Below are positions 11,242 to 23,265 of a DNA stretch of 64,000 bases, piece after piece (the stretch's first letter is position 1; every line of letters begins with the position of its first letter). The stretch lies in contig CAJWEW010000001.1 of the NCBI GenBank assembly GCA_913030915.1, positions 35,225 to 99,224 of the forward strand, written 5' to 3'. This stretch comes from an uncultured Rhodobiaceae bacterium. Its GTDB lineage: Bacteria; Pseudomonadota; Alphaproteobacteria; Rhizobiales; TMED25. The notes under the pieces are model-generated. The model was given only the letters and a program-made list of their open reading frames with translations, ran no database searches and was not told where the DNA came from. Made by a program: the position numbers and the translations under genes.

Positions 11242-12120
11242 TCACAAAGTGAATTTATCTACGAATCTTTTTTCAATCAGCTCACGAGGCATTACAATAA
11301 AAACATCGATTGTACCAAACTGCTTATCAATAACCGCCCCATCTCCAACGTAGGCTCCTAACCTCAAATACCCCTTAATCAGCGGAGGCATAATTTTTAG
11401 AGCTTCTTTAATGTTTATCTCTTCTTTTTTCATCATATTCATATTAACGTATCTATTTTTTTTTGCCTTGACTCGCCACTCTTCCGGCGCTAATGCGTGA
11501 TGATAAAGGAAGCTTAATGCCTTATCAATTTGCTCAGGTTTCGTTGCCTGAAAGCTTGCGCACCCGATCATTACATCAAAATTATTTTCCAATATATATT
11601 TCCAAACACCCTGCCAAAGAAGTTCAATCGTTGATTTTTTACGATACGAACTCAGGACGCATGAGCGCCCAAGCTCAAGAAATTTTCTTTCTTTATGCTG
11701 CTCAATAAGCGGTTTAATGTCGTACTCATCTTGGCTATAAAATCCTTTATTAGACTCTGCATCTCTCTGAGGGAGAAGCCTGTAAGTGCCCACCACATTT
11801 TCTTTCTTTTTTCCTATTAATAATATCCCCCTCTTTTTGTTTGATTTATCAATAACGAGCATGTGTTGGCAAATCTTATCGTATGTATCTCTATCTCTAC
11901 GTGTAAATCTTGTGAGTATGCTCGGGTGCGCCGATAACTCTTTATAGAATACTTTAAATCTTAATTGTTGAGCCGCTTTTATCTCATTTTTTGTTCTTGC
12001 TAATCTTGCGTCCAAATCTATATTTTTTGGCTCTTTGGTTATTTTCTTGCGAATACTTAGAATTTTATTTTTATATTTTTGTGAATTATATTCTTTAATT
12101 TTTTGAGTTATTTTTGGCAT
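11242..12120 (-). CDS. GNAT-type N-acyltransferase, OlsB-like (aminolipid / ornithine-lipid N-acyltransferase family)
   Basis: 292 aa. 'AQQLRFKVFYKEL' and 'GTYRLLP' resemble the hemolysin-like/OlsB Acetyltransf_5 family. The assignment is by motif memory only. Confidence 0.55.
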   Translation of the reverse strand: MPKITQKIKEYNSQKYKNKILSIRKKITKEPKNIDLDARLARTKNEIKAAQQLRFKVFYKELSAHPSILTRFTRRDRDTYDKICQHMLVIDKSNKKRGILLIGKKKENVVGTYRLLPQRDAESNKGFYSQDEYDIKPLIEQHKERKFLELGRSCVLSSYRKKSTIELLWQGVWKYILENNFDVMIGCASFQATKPEQIDKALSFLYHHALAPEEWRVKAKKNRYVNMNMMKKEEINIKEALKIMPPLIKGYLRLGAYVGDGAVIDKQFGTIDVFIVMPRELIEKRFVDKFTL

Positions 12121-12146
12121 GTGAGTGTGTATAAAATTATATCATT

Positions 12147-13085
12147 CTAATCATTTAGTTTTTTTTCGGCCTGATCCCAAAATATTTTTGCAACATCAAT
12201 GCCGCTTAGTTGAAGTATTTCTCTTATTCCAGTTGGAGAGGTAACATTGATCTCAGTTATAAGATTATCAATTATGTCTATTCCGGCAAAAAATAAGCCA
12301 AAATCCTTCAAGTCTTGTGAGATAGCATTACATATTCTAGCATCTCCCTTTGTTATTTCAGTTTTAGTAGGTACCCCCCCAACATGCATATTTGATCTAA
12401 TTTGTCCATGTTGTGGCAACCTGTTTATCGCCCCTGCAATTTCCCCATCAATGAGAATTATTCTCTTATCGCCCTCTTTGACTTTCGGAATAAACTGCTG
12501 AATTATAAATGGTTCATTATTCAATTCCAGAAAATTTTCAATTATTGATCCAAAATTTCTATCAGCACCTTCTGAATAAAAAACATTTGCACCACCATTG
12601 CCATATAATGGTTTTATTATTATTTTTTCATGTTTGTCTCGAAATTTTATAATTTCATTTACATTTCGAGTTATTAATGTGTTTGGCATAAAATCCATAT
12701 ATTTATTTACAAAAATCTTTTCGGGACAGTTTCGAACAAAAAATGGATTATTCAAGATAAGAGTCTTATGTTGAATTGTTTCTAAAAGATGGGTTGCAGT
12801 AATGTAGCTCATATCAAAAGGTGGGTCTTGTCTCATCAGCAAAACGTCATACTGATCTAGCATCACAGATCTTGGATCATTTAATTTTTCTATTCTATCA
12901 GGGCTATGGTAAACTTTTATCTTCTGTGCTTCCGCAGATAATAATCCATCGCTTAGGGTCAGCATATTTGGGGTATATATATCTATTTCACAACCTCTTC
13001 TCTGTGCTTCTAAAAGAAGGGCAAAAGTGCTATCACCAGACAAGTTTAGTCTCTCTATGGGGTCCATTTGTACTATGATTTTCAT
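12147..13085 (-). CDS. gshB: Glutathione synthetase (prokaryotic ATP-grasp type)
   Basis: 312 aa. N-terminal 'DPIERLNLSGDSTFALLLEAQRRG' and ATP-grasp 'IIKPLYGNGGANVF'. Confidence 0.9.
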   Translation of the reverse strand: MKIIVQMDPIERLNLSGDSTFALLLEAQRRGCEIDIYTPNMLTLSDGLLSAEAQKIKVYHSPDRIEKLNDPRSVMLDQYDVLLMRQDPPFDMSYITATHLLETIQHKTLILNNPFFVRNCPEKIFVNKYMDFMPNTLITRNVNEIIKFRDKHEKIIIKPLYGNGGANVFYSEGADRNFGSIIENFLELNNEPFIIQQFIPKVKEGDKRIILIDGEIAGAINRLPQHGQIRSNMHVGGVPTKTEITKGDARICNAISQDLKDFGLFFAGIDIIDNLITEINVTSPTGIREILQLSGIDVAKIFWDQAEKKLND

Positions 13086-13126
13086 ATTATATTTTCTATG
13101 CTTATTTTTTTTTAAAATTAAAAATA

Positions 13127-13966
13127 TTATTTAGTTTTTTTTGATTTGAGACACAGATCATATACCATTTTTTTTGGCAGGTCATATTTCATATGAATCA
13201 TATTTGCAATTTGTTTCACAGGCAAATCATTTATTAGTTTTCTTATATCATTTTCTACTTCGGTAATATCGAGATTATTTGTAATTAATTCTGAGGTATT
13301 AAACAGTATTACCATTTCTCCCTTTACAGATTTATTATTTATTTCTGAAAGAATATTACTAATTTTATTTGTAATAACTTCCTCAAATATCTTCGTCAGT
13401 TCCCGTGTTATTACAATCTCAATATCACCAAAATAATTTTGAATTTCATTTAAAGTTTTGTATATTTTTTTCGCACTCTCGAAGATGACAACTGTCGCAT
13501 CCAGTTTTTTTATTTTTTGAAGTTCATTCTTTCTTTTTGATGCAGTGCCAGGAAGAAATCCCAAAAAATAGATCTTATCTGTTGGCAATCCCGATACGAC
13601 CACAGATGAAGTCAACGCTGATGGACCCGGTATTGTGTATATTGGTATTTTTTTTTGCTTGCATAATTTGACTAATTTATAACCAGGGTCTGATATTAAA
13701 GGTGTTCCCGCATCAGAAATCAGCGCTACCGCTTTATCATCCATGAGTATACTTAAAATTTCATTGCGGGATATTTCGCCGCTAAAATCATTGTACACGA
13801 ATAGCTGCTTTTTGATTTGATAATGGTTGAGAAGTTTCTTTGATACACGAGTATCTTCACAATAAATCATGTCAACAGAGTTTAATATTCTCACGGCACG
13901 ATGCGAAATGTCTTCAAGGTTTCCAATAGGTGTGGATACAAGATATAATCCTGGGGTAATTTCCAT
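13127..13966 (-). CDS. rsmI: 16S rRNA (cytidine1402-2'-O)-methyltransferase RsmI
   Basis: 279 aa. 'LYLVSTPIGNLEDIS...IYCEDTRVSKKLL' and 'SDAGTPLISDPG'. Confidence 0.9.
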   Translation of the reverse strand: MEITPGLYLVSTPIGNLEDISHRAVRILNSVDMIYCEDTRVSKKLLNHYQIKKQLFVYNDFSGEISRNEILSILMDDKAVALISDAGTPLISDPGYKLVKLCKQKKIPIYTIPGPSALTSSVVVSGLPTDKIYFLGFLPGTASKRKNELQKIKKLDATVVIFESAKKIYKTLNEIQNYFGDIEIVITRELTKIFEEVITNKISNILSEINNKSVKGEMVILFNTSELITNNLDITEVENDIRKLINDLPVKQIANMIHMKYDLPKKMVYDLCLKSKKTK

Positions 13967-13988
13967 CTTTCATTATTTCCAATTATTT

Positions 13989-15137
13989 TTAGTCTGCTAA
14001 ACTAGATATTATACTATCGCAAACTAGTGATCCTTTTCTCGTAACTTTTATATTTTCTTCCGTTTTATCTTTGCTCAAATAGCCATTGGATATGAGTAAA
14101 TTAATGTTGTCCTTATTTAATTTACCACCTAAGTTTTCGTACTTATTGATGTTTAGACCATCCCTTGTTCGCATCGACATTACAATATATTCGTCTTGGT
14201 TCTGTTCGTCTGTGAGAATACTGTTTTGGATTAAAGAGTGACCAAATTTTCTAATTCTTTTACCCCAATTATATGGGTCATATTCGTTTACTAGAGACCT
14301 TCTATGTTTTTTTTCCTCTCTAACGCGTGAGTGAGCACCTGGACCAATACCTATCCATTCTCCGCAATTCCAATAATTTAAATTATGCTTGCACTCGAAT
14401 CCTCTTTTTGAAAAATTTGATATTTCGTATTTCCTCAGTGAGAATTTATCACAAATCTCTTCAGTAATTTGATACAACTCATTAGAAAGTGTTTCATCAG
14501 GTAGTTTAATTTTTCCCGATTTATATAACTTCTCATACATAGTTTTAGGTTCAATTGTTAGCTGGTATAAAGACAAGTGTTGTGTTTGAAGGGACAGCGC
14601 TCTTTCTAATTCCAACTTCCATGCCGTTTCATCCTGACCCGGTCGAGCGTAGATTAAATCTATAGAAACCGATTTAAAGTATTTTTGTGCAATGCCAATT
14701 GCTTCAATTGCCATCTCAGCTGTATGAGTTCTTCCTAGATTTTTTAAATCATTATTATTTAATGACTGAACACCAATTGATATTCTATTTATGCCAGTAT
14801 TTGAGTAATCTCTAAATTTCTGTGACTCCACACTGGTAGGATTTGCTTCCATGGTAATTTCCGTATCATTCGCAATATTGGATCGGGCGGATAGATGAGT
14901 TAAAATTCTCTCTATAATATTAGGATACATTAAGGATGGTGTTCCCCCGCCAAAAAAAATAGATGAAATTTTTTTGTCATCTATGTATTTACCATGGTAA
15001 TCTATCTCTTTTTCAATGAGGTCCAGGAACTCTTCTTGATCAATTTTTTTATTTGAAACATGACTATTGAAGTCACAATATGGACACTTAGACAAACAAT
15101 AGGGCCAATGGATATAAATACTTAATTCGGACATCAT
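13989..15137 (-). CDS. hemW: Radical-SAM heme chaperone HemW (HemN-like, oxygen-independent coproporphyrinogen oxidase family)
   Basis: 382 aa. 'YIHWPYCLSKCPYCDF' radical-SAM cluster motif and 'FFGGGTPS'. Confidence 0.85.
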   Translation of the reverse strand: MMSELSIYIHWPYCLSKCPYCDFNSHVSNKKIDQEEFLDLIEKEIDYHGKYIDDKKISSIFFGGGTPSLMYPNIIERILTHLSARSNIANDTEITMEANPTSVESQKFRDYSNTGINRISIGVQSLNNNDLKNLGRTHTAEMAIEAIGIAQKYFKSVSIDLIYARPGQDETAWKLELERALSLQTQHLSLYQLTIEPKTMYEKLYKSGKIKLPDETLSNELYQITEEICDKFSLRKYEISNFSKRGFECKHNLNYWNCGEWIGIGPGAHSRVREEKKHRRSLVNEYDPYNWGKRIRKFGHSLIQNSILTDEQNQDEYIVMSMRTRDGLNINKYENLGGKLNKDNINLLISNGYLSKDKTEENIKVTRKGSLVCDSIISSLAD

Positions 15138-15772
15138 TCACTTTTTTTCTGAGATAGATAACTTACAAATTTTGCAAATGCTTTTGCTCGATGTGATAAC
15201 CCAACTTTTTCTGGTGTCCATGAGTGTTTTTCACTAGATGTTATTTCTCCAAATGTTTTGTTCATATTAATTGGCTCGAATATTGCATCATAACCAAAAC
15301 CATATTTACCGCGTGGTGGCCAAACTACCCTGCCTTCAACTTTTCCTACAAAAAAATGATATTCCCCATTTGGATGAAAAAGACATAATGCACAGACAAA
15401 TCTTGCTGTTCTCTCTGCAAATGGTATTTTTTTCTCATCCAGTAATCTTGTAACTTCACGCATTGCAAAATTAAAATCTTTATTTGGCCCTGCCCACCTT
15501 GCGGAGTATATACCGGGCTGTTTGTCCAATGCATCAATTTCAATACCAGAGTCATCAGACAGAGAAATTAAATTAGATAAATTGGATGCAGATTTTGCTT
15601 TAATTAGTGCATTATCCTCGAATGATAGGCCGTCCTCAACCGGTTCGGGCAGCATTAATTCCTTAGATGATGATATGTCTATTTTCAATAATCCAAGAAG
15701 TTCACGAAATTCAGATATTTTGCCCACATTGTGACTGGCAATTAGCAGTTTATCTTGATTAAGGTCATACAT
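15134..15772 (-). CDS. rdgB: dITP/XTP pyrophosphatase (RdgB/HAM1)
   Basis: 212 aa. 'ASHNVGKISEF', 'SDDSGIEIDAL' and 'GFGYDAIF' motifs. 4-bp overlap with hemW. Confidence 0.9.
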   Translation of the reverse strand: MYDLNQDKLLIASHNVGKISEFRELLGLLKIDISSSKELMLPEPVEDGLSFEDNALIKAKSASNLSNLISLSDDSGIEIDALDKQPGIYSARWAGPNKDFNFAMREVTRLLDEKKIPFAERTARFVCALCLFHPNGEYHFFVGKVEGRVVWPPRGKYGFGYDAIFEPINMNKTFGEITSSEKHSWTPEKVGLSHRAKAFAKFVSYLSQKKSE

Positions 15773-15774
15773 TT

Positions 15775-16488
15775 TTATGAAGTTGCCTTTTTTTGAGCTT
15801 CAAAAATTTTCTGGGAATTTACTCTGACCAAATCTAACATTTTATTCAAATCTTCAATTTTAAAAGTTTGCTCTTCACCGGTTGACTGAACTTCAATTAA
15901 CTCAAAATCACTTGTAAATACAAAATTTGCATCCACTTCAGCTGCTGAGTCTTCTTCATAATCAAGATCAATAAGCACCTCGCCGTTCAAAATACCACAA
16001 GATATGGCAGCAATCTGTTTTTTTATTGGGCTTTTATTTATTATCCCTTGCCTCATCATTTGTTCTACGCAAAATTTTAGTGCAAGCCAAGCACCTGTTA
16101 CAGATGCAGTTCTTGTGCCTCCATCTGCTTCTATTACATCACAATCAATAATAATCTGTTTTTCAGGAATTAACCTCAAATCCGTGCAAGCCCTCAGGCT
16201 TCTCCCGATGAGCCTTTGGATTTCTTGGGTACGTCCTGCTTGCTTACCAGATTTTGCTTCTCTCGACATTCTCTGATTTGTTGATCTTGGTAGCATACCA
16301 TACTCAGCTGTGATCCAACCTTTCCCTGAATTTTTTAGCCAAAATGGAATCCTGTTATCAATTGAAGCTGTGCATATAACTCGTGTCTTACCGATTTCAA
16401 TCATACAGGAGCCATCAGCGTTATCTATTATGCCTGGCGTTATTTTTATCGGGCGAATTGCCGTTATCTCCCTCTTATTTGCTCTCAT
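15775..16488 (-). CDS. rph: Ribonuclease PH
   Basis: 237 aa. 'ADGSCMIEIGKTRVICTAS', 'GRTQEIQRLIGRSLR' and 'CDVIEADGGTRTA'. Confidence 0.95.
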   Translation of the reverse strand: MRANKREITAIRPIKITPGIIDNADGSCMIEIGKTRVICTASIDNRIPFWLKNSGKGWITAEYGMLPRSTNQRMSREAKSGKQAGRTQEIQRLIGRSLRACTDLRLIPEKQIIIDCDVIEADGGTRTASVTGAWLALKFCVEQMMRQGIINKSPIKKQIAAISCGILNGEVLIDLDYEEDSAAEVDANFVFTSDFELIEVQSTGEEQTFKIEDLNKMLDLVRVNSQKIFEAQKKATS

Positions 16489-16575
16489 TTATGTCTCTTG
16501 ATTTTATGTTATTTTTTTTTATCAATATAAGGTATAAAAATGAAGAATTAAAATAGAAAAAGAATAACAAGAGAA

Positions 16576-17637
16576 ATGGCTATTAAAAATTCAGATCTGC
16601 ATCATCTCGACGATAGGTCGCGGGATATTTTTAAGAGAATTGTTGAAGAGTATTTGGACAAAGGTTTGCCAATCGGATCTAGAACCATATCACAAATGGA
16701 CAAAATAAATTTATCTGCCGCTTCCATTAGAAATGTTATGCACGATTTAGAATCTCTTGGGCTTATTTATTCGCCTCATACAAGTTCGGGAAGGATACCA
16801 ACGGAGGGTGGCCTCAGATTATTTGTAGACGCAATGCTGGAGATTGGCAATCTCACCGATACAGATCAAGCTGCTATGAAAGAGCAGGCCTTGACAAATA
16901 ATATGACATTAGAGGATGCCTTGAGTAAAACGAGCGAGATGTTATCAGGTTTAACAAATTGCACGGGGGTTGTTTCGGTGAATAAAGATGTAAAATATGT
17001 CAAGCACATCGAATTTGTGTCCCTCGATAAAACAAAAATTCTTGTCATCCTTGTAGATGAGGATGGTAAAGTTGAAAATAGAATTATAAATAATTCAGAG
17101 GGACTTACAGCATCTAGTTTGGCATCTGCGAGCAACTATCTTAATCATCATATGAGAGGCCTTACATTGAGTGAGGCTATAGTAAGGATAGAGTCTGATT
17201 TCCGACACAAGAAAAATGAACTTGATAGGGAAACAAAAGATTTATTAACTCAAGGCCTAGCAACATGGAGCAATTCAAATTATAATAAAGATGATAAGAT
17301 CTTAATCGTCAAAGGCGCATCGAAGTTAATCGCAAACATTGAAGCAAGTGATGATCTTGAAAAGGTCCGGCATCTCTTTCAAGATTTAGAAAATAAGCAA
17401 GAAATTATGGAATTGCTTGGAATGGCAGAAAAAGCTGAAGGAGTGAGAATTTTTATTGGATCTGAAAATAAATTATTTTCATTATCAGGCTCATCTATGA
17501 TAGTTACACCTTATAAGAATGAAAAAAAACAGGTTATTGGGGTTCTTGGAGTGATTGGTCCAACGAGAATGAATTATGGTAAAATAATACCGATGGTGAA
17601 TTATACAGCAGAGCTTATGAAGAAGATTTTAGGATAA
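16576..17637 (+). CDS. hrcA: Heat-inducible transcription repressor HrcA
   Basis: 353 aa. N-terminal winged-helix 'GSRTIS...ASIRNVMHDLESLGL' and C-terminal 'GVIGPTRMNYGKIIP'. Confidence 0.9.
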   Translation: MAIKNSDLHHLDDRSRDIFKRIVEEYLDKGLPIGSRTISQMDKINLSAASIRNVMHDLESLGLIYSPHTSSGRIPTEGGLRLFVDAMLEIGNLTDTDQAAMKEQALTNNMTLEDALSKTSEMLSGLTNCTGVVSVNKDVKYVKHIEFVSLDKTKILVILVDEDGKVENRIINNSEGLTASSLASASNYLNHHMRGLTLSEAIVRIESDFRHKKNELDRETKDLLTQGLATWSNSNYNKDDKILIVKGASKLIANIEASDDLEKVRHLFQDLENKQEIMELLGMAEKAEGVRIFIGSENKLFSLSGSSMIVTPYKNEKKQVIGVLGVIGPTRMNYGKIIPMVNYTAELMKKILG

Positions 17638-17708
17638 ATTTGTGATATTGAATATAATAAGATCAATGGTTATGATGAATTTAGATAAATTAAAAGATTG
17701 GCAAGTTA

Positions 17709-18305
17709 ATGAAAGATAAAAAGGATAGACAGAAAGAACCAGAATTACGTGAGGATAGTGAGAACACTGCGGAGGAATCCACAACAGTGAATGAGTCTGA
17801 CCTTGCAGATATGAGCTCCATGAATGAGGTGACCAAGGATGAGTCTGATTTAACTGAAATGCTAGAAGAGGCAAATGATCGGATCTTGAGAATGGCAGCT
17901 GAGATGGAAAATTATCGAAAAAGAAGTCTCAAGGAAAAAGAAGATGCGATTAAGTATTCAACCACAAAATTTGCACGGGATATAGTTACCGTTGCTGATG
18001 ATTTAGAGAGAGCATTAGATAGCATCAAGGACATTAACCTTGATAATAACGAAACAACTAAAACCTTATTTGAAGGCGTGCAATTAACAATGAGGTCACT
18101 AACCCAAATACTCGAGAGAAATGGTATTGAGAGATTTGACCCTACAGGTGAAAAATTTGACCCTACTTTACATGAAGCAATGTTCGAGGTTCCTGACACG
18201 GAAAAAGAAACAGGAATAATTGTTCATCTAGTAGAACCAGGCTATCGTATAAACGACAGAATTCTTAGACCTGCAAGAGTCGGTGTCAGTAAGTCTAATA
18301 AATAA
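17709..18305 (+). CDS. grpE: Nucleotide exchange factor GrpE
   Basis: 198 aa. 'LRMAAEMENYRKR', 'FDPTLHEA' and 'GYRINDRILRPARVGV'. Confidence 0.9.
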   Translation: MKDKKDRQKEPELREDSENTAEESTTVNESDLADMSSMNEVTKDESDLTEMLEEANDRILRMAAEMENYRKRSLKEKEDAIKYSTTKFARDIVTVADDLERALDSIKDINLDNNETTKTLFEGVQLTMRSLTQILERNGIERFDPTGEKFDPTLHEAMFEVPDTEKETGIIVHLVEPGYRINDRILRPARVGVSKSNK

Positions 18306-18338
18306 TTAAAATTACTTAATCTGGCTATAATATATTTT

Positions 18339-19505
18339 ATGAATAATGTAGAAAAAACAGCCTCAAGTTATGTTGATATTAGCAAATTGAATCTGACAGA
18401 TTTCCGAAATCATAGTTTCACAAAAATAGAAACCGATAAAAAATTTATTGCTCTCGTTGGAAGAAACGGGTCGGGAAAAACAAATATCATTGAGGCTATC
18501 TCAATGTTTTCTTCAGGAAAAGGCTTGAGAGGTGCGCAATTATCTGAGCAATCAAATATCAATGGGAACGGTGGATGGTCAATATTTATGGAGGTAAAAA
18601 CAGCTAAGGGAATAACAAAATTAGGAACAGGGATAGGCAATTCACAAATGATAGAGGGTAAAGCTAGGCAATGCCGTGCGGATGGTAAATTTTTAAAAAG
18701 CTCCCGAGAGTTTAATGATTACATTGGGATCATTTGGCTTACACCTCAAATGGATCGACTTTTTATTGGGCAAAGAACAGAAAGGCGAAAATTCTTTGAT
18801 AAGTTGGTCTGTTTAATCGAACCAAGCCATGAGCAAAATATTAAAGATTATGATCGACTAATCATGCAAAGAAATAAGGTTCTAGTGGACTTGGACAATA
18901 AGAAAAGTTGGCTTGATAAAATAGAGAAACAGATATCAAAAATTGCTGCAAACATACTTATATCACGCCAAATTGCAACAAATAGACTCAATAAAATTAT
19001 GGACGCAGAAGTAAAAAATAATTTATTCCCATCTGCTAAGATTGTCATGCGGGAGGAGCTTGGTGATATAAATACACGATCGTCAATGATAGAAATAGAA
19101 GCACAGCTTCAAGAATTATTTTTTCAATCCCGTATAAGAGACCGAGATACCTTCAGAACTAACGTAGGTCCTCATAGAACCGATTTTACACTTTATTATA
19201 ATAAAAACGATATGTATGCAGAGAACTGTTCAACTGGAGAACAAAAAAATCTTCTTGTTTCAGTGATTTTGGCTGAAGCCCGAGTATATCAAGAAATTAA
19301 TAATGGTATTTCACCAATACTTTTATTGGATGAGATTACTGCCCATATGGATAATGAGCGAGTTTCAAATTTATTTGAGCAGATTGGAGAGATTGGTTCA
19401 CAGACTTGGTTAACAGGTACATCAGAACCTTTATTTGACTTTATAAGTGATAAAGCAGACATATTTAATATTAATAATGGAAAACTGAGCTATAAAGGGG
19501 TCTAA
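18339..19505 (+). CDS. recF: DNA replication/repair protein RecF
   Basis: 388 aa. Walker A 'GRNGSGKTNIIEA', signature 'STGEQKNLL' and Walker B 'ILLLDEI'. Sits upstream of gyrB. Confidence 0.9.
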   Translation: MNNVEKTASSYVDISKLNLTDFRNHSFTKIETDKKFIALVGRNGSGKTNIIEAISMFSSGKGLRGAQLSEQSNINGNGGWSIFMEVKTAKGITKLGTGIGNSQMIEGKARQCRADGKFLKSSREFNDYIGIIWLTPQMDRLFIGQRTERRKFFDKLVCLIEPSHEQNIKDYDRLIMQRNKVLVDLDNKKSWLDKIEKQISKIAANILISRQIATNRLNKIMDAEVKNNLFPSAKIVMREELGDINTRSSMIEIEAQLQELFFQSRIRDRDTFRTNVGPHRTDFTLYYNKNDMYAENCSTGEQKNLLVSVILAEARVYQEINNGISPILLLDEITAHMDNERVSNLFEQIGEIGSQTWLTGTSEPLFDFISDKADIFNINNGKLSYKGV

Positions 19506-19557
19506 TCGATTATAAACTTGCAGAATCACGTTTTTTTTTATCTAATATAATTACTGA

Positions 19558-22014
<2,457 letters not shown>

Positions 22015-22030
22015 TTATTATCAAATCAAC

Positions 22031-23224
22031 TTACAGCTCAATATATCCCATCTGGAAGCTATGCATTCTAACTGATTTATCTTTTTGTATATGAACTAAT
22101 TCACCAGTCTGAATACCAGCCTTATGGTCATTTGTTATGACATTAGGCTGAATAACAACCGTCATATTTTCCTTAAATGTAAACCCCTCATAGCTACTAG
22201 CTGGCCGGCTTTTTGTCCCGAGTACTGGGTCTAAATAGCCACCTCCATAACCATGAATTAAGTCATCCCAAATTGAAAAGCTGCCATCCTCAATCTTAGA
22301 TGAGACTGCATTGATTTCTTCAATCGTAGTCCCATCTTTTAGAATTGAAAAAATACTGCTGAAGACCTCATCACCTACAGCGTGCAACTCATTATATAGT
22401 GGAGTCATTTTTTTAAAGCCAATAGTCCTTAATACCTGACCCGGATAATTCCAAAAGTGCGAGCTTATCTCGGTTGTAATTATATCATTTTGTGTAATAT
22501 TTTTATTTGATGTATACTGATACGGAACACAATTTTCTGGATTATCCATATCGGTGATTCCAAAGAAATTGATTATTTTGTGACCTCCATGCTTTAAATA
22601 ACCGCACTGCGTTATCTGAGACATCTCGTGTTCATTGAGCCCTGGCTCTAGGTTTGAGACAATATTATTTATACCCTCGTCTGTGAGTGCAGAAGCAATT
22701 TTCATCCACGATATTTCCTCATTACTTTTTATTGATCTCATCAAGTTATAGTCTTTGGAGATATCAATGATTTTTATATTTTTTTGCTGAAGCTGGGTTA
22801 CATAGCTGTATGGCAATCTCCCAATTATTCCTATGGTATTATTTTGACCGAGGTCATCTATCATTTCAGGTAATATTTTATTTGCGAGTTGTCTTTGCCC
22901 CCAAAATAGTTTTGTTCTATCATTGATAAGCTTCTCAGCCATTGGGAGGTGATTGTAATGTTCTACATACAAATTTAAATTTTCATTTTCTCTAATCTCA
23001 ACAAGAGCTTCTTGTGTTGTATGCCATCCAGTAAAGTATTGGACAGCATTACCTGAGCCAAGTGCTTCATATATGATAACTTTATCTAATTTTTTTTGGT
23101 TGATGACAGTCTCAATAAGGGAAAATCTTCTTTGATATTCTGCCTCACTAAAAAGAGGGTATTTCTCTTTTAAAATTGCTTTACATGTATCATCAAGATC
23201 ATTAATGAATTGAGCATTATTCAT
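22031..23224 (-). CDS. M24-fold (creatinase/prolidase-like) hydrolase, substrate unknown
   Basis: 397 aa. Creatinase-N-like N-terminus plus a pita-bread C-terminus ('YPGQVLRT', 'IHGYGGG', 'MTVVIQPNV', 'GIQTGELVHI'). Several canonical metal carboxylates appear to be replaced (see finding). Confidence 0.65.
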   Translation of the reverse strand: MNNAQFINDLDDTCKAILKEKYPLFSEAEYQRRFSLIETVINQKKLDKVIIYEALGSGNAVQYFTGWHTTQEALVEIRENENLNLYVEHYNHLPMAEKLINDRTKLFWGQRQLANKILPEMIDDLGQNNTIGIIGRLPYSYVTQLQQKNIKIIDISKDYNLMRSIKSNEEISWMKIASALTDEGINNIVSNLEPGLNEHEMSQITQCGYLKHGGHKIINFFGITDMDNPENCVPYQYTSNKNITQNDIITTEISSHFWNYPGQVLRTIGFKKMTPLYNELHAVGDEVFSSIFSILKDGTTIEEINAVSSKIEDGSFSIWDDLIHGYGGGYLDPVLGTKSRPASSYEGFTFKENMTVVIQPNVITNDHKAGIQTGELVHIQKDKSVRMHSFQMGYIEL

Positions 23225-23265
23225 AATTACACCAATATATCCCTATCAATATTTTAAAATTCTAA

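Noticed and set aside
11020-11361. 113-aa plus-strand ORF spanning the glnD start, the intergenic gap and the end of the OlsB-like gene
   Set aside because: It overlaps two well-supported minus-strand genes and has a low-complexity translation. It is a shadow ORF.
16489-16575. Looked for a CIRCE operator (TTAGCACTC-N9-GAGTGCTAA) upstream of hrcA-grpE
   Set aside because: No match in the 87-bp rph/hrcA spacer or the 71-bp hrcA/grpE spacer. In alphaproteobacteria CIRCE normally sits at groESL, which is not in this window.
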